DNA of 64,000 nt. It comes from Promethearchaeota archaeon. Its GTDB lineage: Archaea; Asgardarchaeota; Lokiarchaeia; Sigyniarchaeales; SOKP01. Made by a program: the position numbers and the translations under genes. Shown one piece after another: positions 20,454 through 28,583 of this stretch (position 1 is its first letter; every line of letters starts with the position of its first letter). Below the pieces are notes generated by a model. The model was not told the DNA's origin and searched no databases. It worked only from the letters and a program-made list of their open reading frames with translations. The DNA is taken from NCBI GenBank assembly GCA_048939015.1, contig JBHLPW010000004.1:50663-114662 (forward strand). The letters are read 5' to 3'.

Positions 20454-21641
20454 ATGATTTCTTCTTTTAATTTTGCTAGTATTCCACATATCATTTTTGG
20501 AGCTGGAAGATTAAATAACCTTTATAAGATTATTCCAAAATATGGTAATGAGATATTAATTGTCAGAGGTGGAAGTTCTCTTGAAAAATCAGGTAAATGG
20601 GATGAAATTGTGTCTATTTTAGAAAAAAAATCAATAAGATTTTCATCAATTTCAATTTCGAATGAACCATCACCAAACCTTATCGATGAAAATGTTGCAA
20701 AATATAGAAATAAGAACATTGATTTAATTATTGGCATTGGTGGAGGGAGCGTCACTGATGCAGGAAAAGCAATTTCAGCCATGTTGACTAAAAATGATTC
20801 AATTAAAAATTATCTTGAAGGAGTGGGTGATAAACTTCATGATGGAAAGAAAATCCCATATATAGCAATCCCTACGACTTCTGGCACTGGAAGTGAAGCA
20901 ACTAAAAATGCAGTTATTAGCGAAATTGGACCTAATGGCTTTAAAAAATCACTTCGCCATGACAATTTTATTCCTGATATTGCTATTATTGATCCTGAAC
21001 TCATTATTTCATGTCCTCTATCAGTTTCAGCAGCTTGTGGAATGGACGCATTTACACAACTTCTTGAAGCTTATGTTTCCTCCAAATCAAGTCCTATGAC
21101 AGATGTATTGGCTTATAGTGGGATGAAATATATGAGTGAAAGTATTATTTTAGCATGTTCAAATGGAGCATCTGATGTGAATATTAGAGCGAAGATGGCA
21201 TATGGATCTTTAATGTCGGGAATCACTCTTGCTAATGCAGGATTAGGAATAATTCATGGACTAGCTTCACCAATTGGAGGTCTCTTTGAGATCCCACATG
21301 GAGTAGTATGTGGTACGTTATTAGCTGAAGCTACAAGAATAAACATAAAAAAGCTTCAAGATCTAGGACCAGAAGGCAAATTAGGACTAAAAAAGTATGC
21401 GGAAATAGGTGCACTATTATCAGGAGATTATCATGTATCTGATGAAAAAATCCAAAACTATAATATAAAATTGGTAGAAACACTTGAAAAATGGACAATA
21501 GTTTTAAAGATCGACCGTCTAGGTAAGTTTGGTATTATTGATGTAGATATTGATAGAATTGTAGAAAAAACGGGATTAAAAAACAATCCCGTCAATTTAA
21601 GCAAAGAGGATATTAAAACTTTAGTATTGAATCGACTATAA
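20454..21641 (+). CDS. Iron-containing alcohol dehydrogenase
   Basis: GIGGGS.DAGK, IPTTSGTGSEAT, GMDAFTQ, HGLASP, IPHG. Confidence 0.92.
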   Translation: MISSFNFASIPHIIFGAGRLNNLYKIIPKYGNEILIVRGGSSLEKSGKWDEIVSILEKKSIRFSSISISNEPSPNLIDENVAKYRNKNIDLIIGIGGGSVTDAGKAISAMLTKNDSIKNYLEGVGDKLHDGKKIPYIAIPTTSGTGSEATKNAVISEIGPNGFKKSLRHDNFIPDIAIIDPELIISCPLSVSAACGMDAFTQLLEAYVSSKSSPMTDVLAYSGMKYMSESIILACSNGASDVNIRAKMAYGSLMSGITLANAGLGIIHGLASPIGGLFEIPHGVVCGTLLAEATRINIKKLQDLGPEGKLGLKKYAEIGALLSGDYHVSDEKIQNYNIKLVETLEKWTIVLKIDRLGKFGIIDVDIDRIVEKTGLKNNPVNLSKEDIKTLVLNRL

Positions 21642-21669
21642 ATAGCAAAGTTGTAAAATATTAGTTAAA

Positions 21670-22185
21670 TTATAAGTTCTTTACAAGTTCCTTTGCTAAT
21701 AATTCAAAAGCTAGATTTACATTCTCTCCAGTCTTAGAAGATATCTTTAAATAATTAAAAAAATCATATTTCGCCATATAATTTAATGCGAATTCATCTC
21801 GAACTGTATTAACATCAATCAAATCTAATTTAGTACCTAGAAAAATAATTGGAATTCCCGGATTATTTTGTCTACAAATATTAATCCATTGGTCGATTCG
21901 TAGTAAACTTGATGGTCTGGTAAGATCAAACAACATTAATGCGCCTCTTGCACCTGTTGCATAATTACTCAAGAGAGGTCTAAAATGCTCTTGTCCGCCA
22001 AAATCCCATACTTGAAGCAAAATTTTTTTCCCATCGATTCTTAATTCTTTAAGAAAAAACTCTACACCTATCGTCATTTTTGTATTAACTAAAAATTTTC
22101 CCTCTATATATCTATAAAGGAGTGTAGTCTTTCCAACACCACCATCACCTGCGGTAATCACTTTCAAAAGTATAGGTTTTTCCAT
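21670..22185 (-). CDS. Rab-like small GTPase
   Basis: GDGGVGKT, TIGVEF, WDFGGQE, variant G4 TKLD, ISSK. Confidence 0.92.
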   Translation of the reverse strand: MEKPILLKVITAGDGGVGKTTLLYRYIEGKFLVNTKMTIGVEFFLKELRIDGKKILLQVWDFGGQEHFRPLLSNYATGARGALMLFDLTRPSSLLRIDQWINICRQNNPGIPIIFLGTKLDLIDVNTVRDEFALNYMAKYDFFNYLKISSKTGENVNLAFELLAKELVKNL

Positions 22186-22305
22186 AAGTTTAACTCATAT
22201 GAATACAATAGGGAAATACTTTCGAATTTTAATTATTCTAAAGGTTCCTCATGTATTAATGGTCTTAGTTGAAACTCTAAAATGATCAAACTATTTTATA
22301 TTTTT

Positions 22306-22749
22306 TTAAGCTCTCTCAACGGATAAATATTTCTTTTGTCTTAAAAAAATTGTACTTATATTAATTCTTTTCGCTTTTCTACGCAGTTCTGAATCGTTTG
22401 TTGCAAGATACACATTTTGACCAATAATTTGTAGTTCTTGTGACTTTCTTAATAAGAAATCATCAGTCTTTTCAGTAATTTCTTTTATATCTTCTAAAAT
22501 TTCAATGTTATAATTTTGTTTATTCTTATCTATATACGATATCCCATTCTCAAGTAATCTAATATACTTGGTGCCCTTTTGCTCTCTTGTTCGTTTAGAT
22601 TCTAATTCATTTAAAATTTGGCGAAATATCACAAATTTTAATCTTCCTACAATGATAAATCTAATTTCATTTAAATAATCAATTTTAAATTGGAAAGGAA
22701 GTAAAATAAAATTAGAATCGAGAATTATTATATTAATTTTAGAATTCAA
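22306..22749 (-). CDS. PIN-domain nuclease, Fcf1/Utp24-like archaeal family
   Basis: ILDSNF, ILNELE, TDD, LATNDSELRRKA, IFLRQKKYL. Confidence 0.85.
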   Translation of the reverse strand: MNSKINIIILDSNFILLPFQFKIDYLNEIRFIIVGRLKFVIFRQILNELESKRTREQKGTKYIRLLENGISYIDKNKQNYNIEILEDIKEITEKTDDFLLRKSQELQIIGQNVYLATNDSELRRKAKRINISTIFLRQKKYLSVERA

Positions 22750-23267
22750 TAGGATTGACGCTCTAATATTTTTCTAGTTAAAAGAGAAAAAGCTTCTTGA
22801 ACATTTTGTCCTGTTTTTGAAGAGATTTTGACAAAATCTATTAAATTAAATTCTTTTAAAAATGAGGTTGCATAATCATCATCAACCATAATCTCATCCT
22901 CCAAATCCAATTTTGTACCTAAAAAGAGAACAGGAAGATTTGGGTCGCCTTTACGCACGATATTTATCCATTGTTGCAAGTTCTCCAATGTAGTTATACG
23001 AGTGAGGTCAAACATCAGTAGCGCGCCTTTTGCTCCTAATACATAACTTTCAAGAAGAAAGCGAAACCTTTCCTGACCTCCGAAATCCCACAGTTGCAGA
23101 GTGCATTGTTTAGAATCAATTTCTGTCTCTTTTAGGAAAAATTCTACTCCAATTGTCATTTTTGTTTCAGCGGAGAATTTTCCCTCTACATATCTATGTA
23201 ATAATGTTGTTTTTCCCACTCCACCTTCTCCTGCAGTTAAAATCTTCAATATGAATTTTTGAGGCAT
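22746..23267 (-). CDS. Rab-like small GTPase
   Basis: GEGGVGKT, TIGVEF, WDFGGQERF, TKLD, ISSK. Confidence 0.92.
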   Translation of the reverse strand: MPQKFILKILTAGEGGVGKTTLLHRYVEGKFSAETKMTIGVEFFLKETEIDSKQCTLQLWDFGGQERFRFLLESYVLGAKGALLMFDLTRITTLENLQQWINIVRKGDPNLPVLFLGTKLDLEDEIMVDDDYATSFLKEFNLIDFVKISSKTGQNVQEAFSLLTRKILERQSY

Positions 23268-23573
23268 TCTTGTTATCTCTTTTAAATTTTTGGGAGCAAT
23301 TTATATAGTGTTAGCTTTTTGGAGCTAATTTTGTAAGATGACTAATTTTTTCTATTATAATTATAATCTTTATACGAATTTTTATTCTTTTTCGAATCGA
23401 TAATTTGAATTTAATTTAATTGAATAATAATTTTTTATTTTAGTGTTTTATTGTTTTTTCAACTTTAAATTATTAAAAAAGATTTTAAAAATAAATTTTA
23501 TTAATGACTCTATAACTATATTTCTTAGTTTTTTTTTAGAATAATTAATTGGTAAGATATCAAGTGATTTATT

Positions 23574-23867
23574 ATGAAAATGAAAAAGAAAAGTCCAACC
23601 GAAGATGATTTAGAAAAATTTAATATAAAATCATGGGGTACATGGAGTAAAGAAGTCAGTGAATTTGATTGGTCATATGGAGATACCGAAACATGTTACA
23701 TTTTAGATGGAGAGGTTGAAGTTACAGATTCTGACACAGGTGAAAAAATACAGTTTAAAAAGGGAGACCTAGTTCAATTTGAAAAAGGATTAAAGTGCGT
23801 TTGGAATGTAAAAAAACCAATAAGAAAACACTATAGTTTTGATTTGGAATTTGGTGATATTGAGTAA
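23574..23867 (+). CDS. Cupin superfamily protein (DUF861-like)
   Basis: SWGTWSKEVSEFDWSY..ETCYILDGEV, KGDLV.F.KG..C.W. Confidence 0.85.
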   Translation: MKMKKKSPTEDDLEKFNIKSWGTWSKEVSEFDWSYGDTETCYILDGEVEVTDSDTGEKIQFKKGDLVQFEKGLKCVWNVKKPIRKHYSFDLEFGDIE

Positions 23868-23977
23868 ATAATAGTTTTTTTCTTTTAATTTTTTATTTTG
23901 TATCAATATGAAAACAAATTATTTATAGAGATTCAGTTAAATATATTCTATCAAAATAAGTCTTTAGCTGAATTGAA

Positions 23978-24460
23978 ATGAAGAGTAATGTAAATTTTAA
24001 TTTTGATAAACTAAAAGTAAGCCAATTAGGGTATGTATATAAAGATATAAGAAAGCAGACCATTATTATGGAACAATTTTTTGGGGTCACTCGATTTAAT
24101 ATTATAGGTCCAGTTGAAATGAACATCAAACTTCGAGAAAAAGAAACAAAATGGATGGCAACGGGAGCATTTAGCCGACTTTTTGATGGAGTTGAAATTG
24201 AGTTAATACAACCCGAAAGTGGTGAATCAATTCACCAAGAGTTCTTAGATGAAGGGAGAGAAGGATTACACCATATACGCTATGATATCGATGATTTACC
24301 TCTTGTTTTAGAAAAATTCAAGGAAGTTGGTATTGGAGTGTTGCAGGAGGGTAAAATTATAGGATTAAAATATGCATATATGGATACTGAATCCATATTA
24401 GGAATAATTGTTGAATTTTCTGCAGTTAAAAAAGGAAGGAAAAAAGCTTTGAATATATGA
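23978..24460 (+). CDS. VOC (glyoxalase/methylmalonyl-CoA epimerase-like) protein
   Basis: QLGYVYKD, EIELIQP, EGLHHI, AYMDT..GIIVEF. Confidence 0.85.
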   Translation: MKSNVNFNFDKLKVSQLGYVYKDIRKQTIIMEQFFGVTRFNIIGPVEMNIKLREKETKWMATGAFSRLFDGVEIELIQPESGESIHQEFLDEGREGLHHIRYDIDDLPLVLEKFKEVGIGVLQEGKIIGLKYAYMDTESILGIIVEFSAVKKGRKKALNI

Positions 24461-24468
24461 GTATTATA

Positions 24469-25011
24469 TTAAGCAAACCTTTGCTTATCTCTATGTTCTT
24501 TTACTGAGATTTCTCTTTCGTCTAGTCTATTAAGTCTAATTAAGTTTTCCTTAATTACTTTAATTTCAGCTTTTGTTATAATTTTATAATCTTTTAAATT
24601 ATCAAGAATTTCTTTTTCACTAAAGCCCTTATTATACAATTCTTGAAATTTCTCGATTGTCTCCTGATGATAAAAAATATATTGTTTATTTAGAAAGACT
24701 ATTAACCACTTTTTTTTCTCTTGATTCTGAGATAATTCAAATAACTCGTCTTGTATTACTTCAATGTGTTTTTCAAACTTTCGTGCTATTAACTCATCTT
24801 CAATTTTATAAAATTGTTTCATAAATTTCTGAAGTTTATTTTTAAAAAACAATTTTGGGATGTAAGATAAAATGAATAACAATAAAGTGATCCCGGACAT
24901 CCAAATTGCTGCAATGTGATTATAAATCGCAACAATGATTATTATGAAGACTAGAATTAGAAACCATTTTCTTCCAATGGTCTTAGTTATGACAATATAC
25001 TTTTTTGGCAA
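24469..25011 (-). CDS. Hypothetical membrane protein (two N-terminal TM helices)
   Basis: Two hydrophobic segments followed by a soluble charged domain. Confidence 0.7.
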   Translation of the reverse strand: MPKKYIVITKTIGRKWFLILVFIIIIVAIYNHIAAIWMSGITLLLFILSYIPKLFFKNKLQKFMKQFYKIEDELIARKFEKHIEVIQDELFELSQNQEKKKWLIVFLNKQYIFYHQETIEKFQELYNKGFSEKEILDNLKDYKIITKAEIKVIKENLIRLNRLDEREISVKEHRDKQRFA

Positions 25012-25084
25012 TGATTAACACAAAATTTATTCAATATTAATTAAGGTTATATTTAATAGTTTAAAAACTTAATTTTAGAAGAGA

Positions 25085-25091
25085 TAAAAAA
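25085..25091 (-). terminator. Oligo-T tract after the 5S precursor, a candidate archaeal terminator
   Basis: T6 run on the minus strand just past the processing stem; such runs are common in this AT-rich DNA. Confidence 0.4.
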
Positions 25092-25101
25092 GTAGACGAC
25101 A

Positions 25102-25286
25102 TATAACCACATAAAAAAGGCGTGACCGGGTATTTTCCTTGTATGCCATGACCGTAAGCTAACTTACAGTTTGTAGTTTCCCATAAACCGTAATTACAGT
25201 ACTATCTACAACGCTAAACAAGTTTAACTTCCGGGTTCGGATGGTTCCAGCGCCATAGCGAATTGCTATTGGTTCATGTGGTTATA
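25102..25286 (-). other. Precursor processing stem and bulge-helix junction enclosing the permuted 5S
   Basis: 14-bp stem UAUAACCACAUGAA (25286-25273) / UUUAUGUGGUUAUA (25115-25102); leader hairpin AUAGC-AAUUC-GCUAU; GGCG-CUGG-AAC pairs with CCGG-UCA-CGCC. Confidence 0.75.
25124..25244 (-). rRNA. rrf: 5S rRNA gene, circularly permuted (3' part 25244-25163, UUAG linker 25162-25159, 5' part 25158-25124)
   Basis: Minus strand carries the conserved CCGAACCCGGAAGUUAA. Helix I ACUGUAAG/CUUACGGU, helix II ACAAG/CUUGU, helix III ACCCGG/CCGGAAGU, helix V UUGUAG/CUACAA, loop E AGUA/GAA, helix IV CUGUAA/UUAUGG. Confidence 0.9.
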
Positions 25287-25321
25287 AACGCTAGTGTTAA
25301 CCATTATATAAGGTCGGTTAT

Positions 25322-25329
25322 TTTATAAG
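25322..25329 (-). promoter_or_regulatory. Candidate TATA box for the 5S precursor
   Basis: CTTATAAA about 35 nt upstream of the outer stem; a second candidate CTTATATAA lies at 25304-25312. Confidence 0.35.
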
Positions 25330-25427
25330 AAAATACCTACTTATATGGTTAATAGTAAATAGGAATAATACAAGCTATTAAAAAAAGTTTTCGGCTTGAG
25401 ACATAAAATTTAAAAGAATTAGTTAAA

Positions 25428-25994
25428 GTGGTGCTGTTTATAGTATTATTTCAATTAATAATCCAAGGAGTAAAATGGTACCAATTTCTGATTAATGCGA
25501 CTATAACAATTTTAGGAAGATCGCTTGACATTTTAAGCACGAGATATGTAACAAGAGAACTTAAATTAGAAACAAATCGAATTGCTCGTAAAATAGGCTG
25601 GCGTGGGATGATCTTACTTCAAATTCCAATAGTAATATTGGGATCATTAGATTTCTATTTTAGTTTTTTCATATTATGGTGGAGTATTTTTCTCTTTGCC
25701 AATAATATTGAGGGAAGTTGGTATATAAGAGAAGCTGGAGAAAAAGAGTATCAAAAAGAAATAAAATCAAGATTAGAAACCTCTAAAATATGGAAAATAG
25801 TTTTTGGAGAATTATCTTCAATTTTAAAATTTACTTTAGCAGGCGTTTTTATCATCATCTTCCTATTTATTTTTGAAGATCTTTTAGCTGTTTTTTTGAT
25901 TTCATTAGCTTTAATAATTCAAGGTATATTTGGAACTATTAGTTCTATTTTATATCTTTTAGAGTTGAAAAAAGATAAATCTAAAGAAGAATAA
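25428..25994 (+). CDS. Hypothetical multi-pass membrane protein
   Basis: Several hydrophobic helices; LDILSTRY....LETN motif. Confidence 0.7.
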   Translation: MVLFIVLFQLIIQGVKWYQFLINATITILGRSLDILSTRYVTRELKLETNRIARKIGWRGMILLQIPIVILGSLDFYFSFFILWWSIFLFANNIEGSWYIREAGEKEYQKEIKSRLETSKIWKIVFGELSSILKFTLAGVFIIIFLFIFEDLLAVFLISLALIIQGIFGTISSILYLLELKKDKSKEE

Positions 25995-26009
25995 CTTTCC
26001 AATAAGAAT

Positions 26010-28136
26010 TTAGTTTTTGCTTAAAAATTGCGCGTACCTTTTAAGACCAATATATATAAAGAAAATAGAAATTCCTCCCAAAAATATAATCATAACAATA
26101 GAGAGGGGAATTAAATAATCAATCATTGTTTGAGGGATTGAAAAAAAGAATTCAGTATTATAAATTACATTAGTATTATTTGCATAATCTCTTAAAACTA
26201 TAAAATAAGAATATTTACCAGGTTTTAGTTTCTCAATTGTTATTTGAAACAAATCATTGTTTTCTTCAATAATATTTGATGATCCATAATAATTATAATC
26301 GCTAAAATTACTTTTAGAATAACAGATGTATGTAGATTCAATCCCAGATTTATTTTCTTGAACTTGAATATTAAAAGTTGCTAAGACAGAAGTTTTAGGA
26401 TTTTTTGGGCAGCATTCTACACTAATAACTTCTGGCAATGTATTATCTGGCAGAGCTGTAAAATTAAAGTAAGAAGGAACTAAATTATGACCTGTAATCG
26501 ATACATTATAATCCTCATATTCTTCATTTGGAATACGAAACTTCACTAAACCATCTTCATCTGCATATGTGGTAAAATATTTTTCCCCAGATCCTTGAAT
26601 ATGAACTCGTGCAAAGGGAACGACTTTATCATCACTATCTTTTATTATCACTGAGACTAATTCGCCTTCATATATATTCTCAATAAACGGATTTAGCGCT
26701 GATTTAGGTGTATTTGTATAAATGTCAACTTCAGGATCTCCTAAAAGGCAATAGGTAAGGAGTTGCTTACGTTCAAAATCAAAATATGTTGCGGTTTCCC
26801 CTCTGTTAAAATAATCGCTATTTATATATGCTAATTTTGAATCATATAGCGCTTTACCTTGTTGAAACTTTTTATTTAAATAAAACTCTTGCCAAAAAAG
26901 TTTTGCATTTCCACGATTTAATTTTTCAAGATTGTAATCATCTAATAAATACCAAGTTACACGTAATCCTCCAATTGCACCAATGGCTCCACCTTTAGTT
27001 CGCTTAATTAATATTTCACCTATACTATTATCAGTAGTAGTATCATAACTTGAAGTTGAGCAAGCATCTAAGTAAACTAGAGAAGGTTTATCATCATTTG
27101 AACTTATAATAGCATCTGATGATGTATAACCTGCCCGTGATGGATTTCTGAAATAACTTGTTGGGAGACCATGTCCTGCCATTAATACTGTAGAATATCC
27201 ATCATTAAAATAGGTACGTAGTACTGCTTGAGTGAGATTACCAGCTTCTTCTATTAAATGAGTATATTGTAAGGATGTATCTATGTAGTTTTCAACAATA
27301 TAACTAGTTAAAAAACTCTCATATTCTCCGTTAGGATCTTCTCCACTAGGATAATCAGAAATTCCTCCTGCAAGTAACATTCTATGCATCCAATTACCTA
27401 TTTCTGGATTAGACTCGTATTTCAAAGTTTTATTTACCATTATTTCCAGTTCAAGTGCATTATTCGCTGGAAATCTCCCAACATATACTTCAGGATCCCA
27501 TGATATCTCATCTAAGCCATATAAATTATCCAGAGGAGATTCCCCCCATTCACCATCTTGATCACTATCCCATGTACCATCAAGATCGGCGTAATAATAA
27601 TCAGTAGGTTTATATTCATTATCTCCAACTGTTTCAGTTCTTCCATCCCCGTATCTATCAACATCTGGATTGTATACATATCGAATAGGGATTAAATCAT
27701 CCTGAGCATCGCCTGCTAATAATACCCATTGAATATTTTCAGTTTCATAATATGATTTAATCATATTCCTAATTTTTTCAGCATCATCAACACCCTCATA
27801 TAAACTGAAATTACTCAAAATAATTGTTTTAACTCCTTTTTCATTTTTCCATTCCATTAATGGTTTAACAGCATCAATAAAATCAGTTTTATTTGGTGTT
27901 ATAATTAACATCTCAATTTTAGGATCATACCAGAGTTCATTTAAGTGAACATAATCTATTTCTGGTAAAAATGACAAATCTACACTCAAATATCCATTAG
28001 ATGTCTCAATCGATTCTGAAGGAGTTCTCGTGTTTAAAAATATAGAATTGTGATAAAAGTTAACATTAATGATAGGGATGAAAATCAATACTAAAAGAAT
28101 TAAGTAGATAAATTTTTTAAGAGAAAGCCTAACCAT
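26010..28136 (-). CDS. Peptidase C25 (gingipain-like) surface protease, membrane-anchored
   Basis: WVLLAGD, TDYYYADLDG, VYVGRFP, catalytic AGHG and ACS, LLGDP; hydrophobic segments at both termini. Confidence 0.88.
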   Translation of the reverse strand: MVRLSLKKFIYLILLVLIFIPIINVNFYHNSIFLNTRTPSESIETSNGYLSVDLSFLPEIDYVHLNELWYDPKIEMLIITPNKTDFIDAVKPLMEWKNEKGVKTIILSNFSLYEGVDDAEKIRNMIKSYYETENIQWVLLAGDAQDDLIPIRYVYNPDVDRYGDGRTETVGDNEYKPTDYYYADLDGTWDSDQDGEWGESPLDNLYGLDEISWDPEVYVGRFPANNALELEIMVNKTLKYESNPEIGNWMHRMLLAGGISDYPSGEDPNGEYESFLTSYIVENYIDTSLQYTHLIEEAGNLTQAVLRTYFNDGYSTVLMAGHGLPTSYFRNPSRAGYTSSDAIISSNDDKPSLVYLDACSTSSYDTTTDNSIGEILIKRTKGGAIGAIGGLRVTWYLLDDYNLEKLNRGNAKLFWQEFYLNKKFQQGKALYDSKLAYINSDYFNRGETATYFDFERKQLLTYCLLGDPEVDIYTNTPKSALNPFIENIYEGELVSVIIKDSDDKVVPFARVHIQGSGEKYFTTYADEDGLVKFRIPNEEYEDYNVSITGHNLVPSYFNFTALPDNTLPEVISVECCPKNPKTSVLATFNIQVQENKSGIESTYICYSKSNFSDYNYYGSSNIIEENNDLFQITIEKLKPGKYSYFIVLRDYANNTNVIYNTEFFFSIPQTMIDYLIPLSIVMIIFLGGISIFFIYIGLKRYAQFLSKN

Positions 28137-28235
28137 ATATTATCAATATTAATGATTAATTGTTAAGATATTTATAATTGAAATAAGAATTTAAAAATAA
28201 GAATCTAATTATTATATAAAAAAGGTTATTATTAA

Positions 28236-28454
28236 ATGCCTTTACGTTTTAATACATGCCCGCACTGCGAAAGTAAAATTACATTTAGAATAGAAATGGA
28301 GGATATTGATTCTAAACAATATCCTGCTCCAGTGTATATAGTATGTAATTCTTGTAAGAAATTATCCACCTTCTATGTTGATAGTCTTTTAAGGGTTTCT
28401 TATAAAGAACTTGATAAAAAACCCGGTGCCATCAAAACAATTGAAACAAGTTAA
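28236..28454 (+). CDS. Small Zn-ribbon protein
   Basis: CPHC...CNSC. Confidence 0.7.
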   Translation: MPLRFNTCPHCESKITFRIEMEDIDSKQYPAPVYIVCNSCKKLSTFYVDSLLRVSYKELDKKPGAIKTIETS

Positions 28455-28583
28455 ATCCTTCTATTTAACCGTGTAGTTTTTTTAAAATATCAGATATATT
28501 GATTAATTTAATAAAAAATCATTTCTTAATTTTTCTTAGAAGTAATATATTTAGTAAGTAATGCACCTTAAAATTTAACTATC

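Noticed and set aside
25124-25244. Two tandem truncated 5S pseudogenes instead of one permuted gene
   Set aside because: The two parts are exactly complementary with no redundancy, all helices are intact, and a flanking stem with a correctly phased cleavage motif encloses them. RNA data are still needed for proof.
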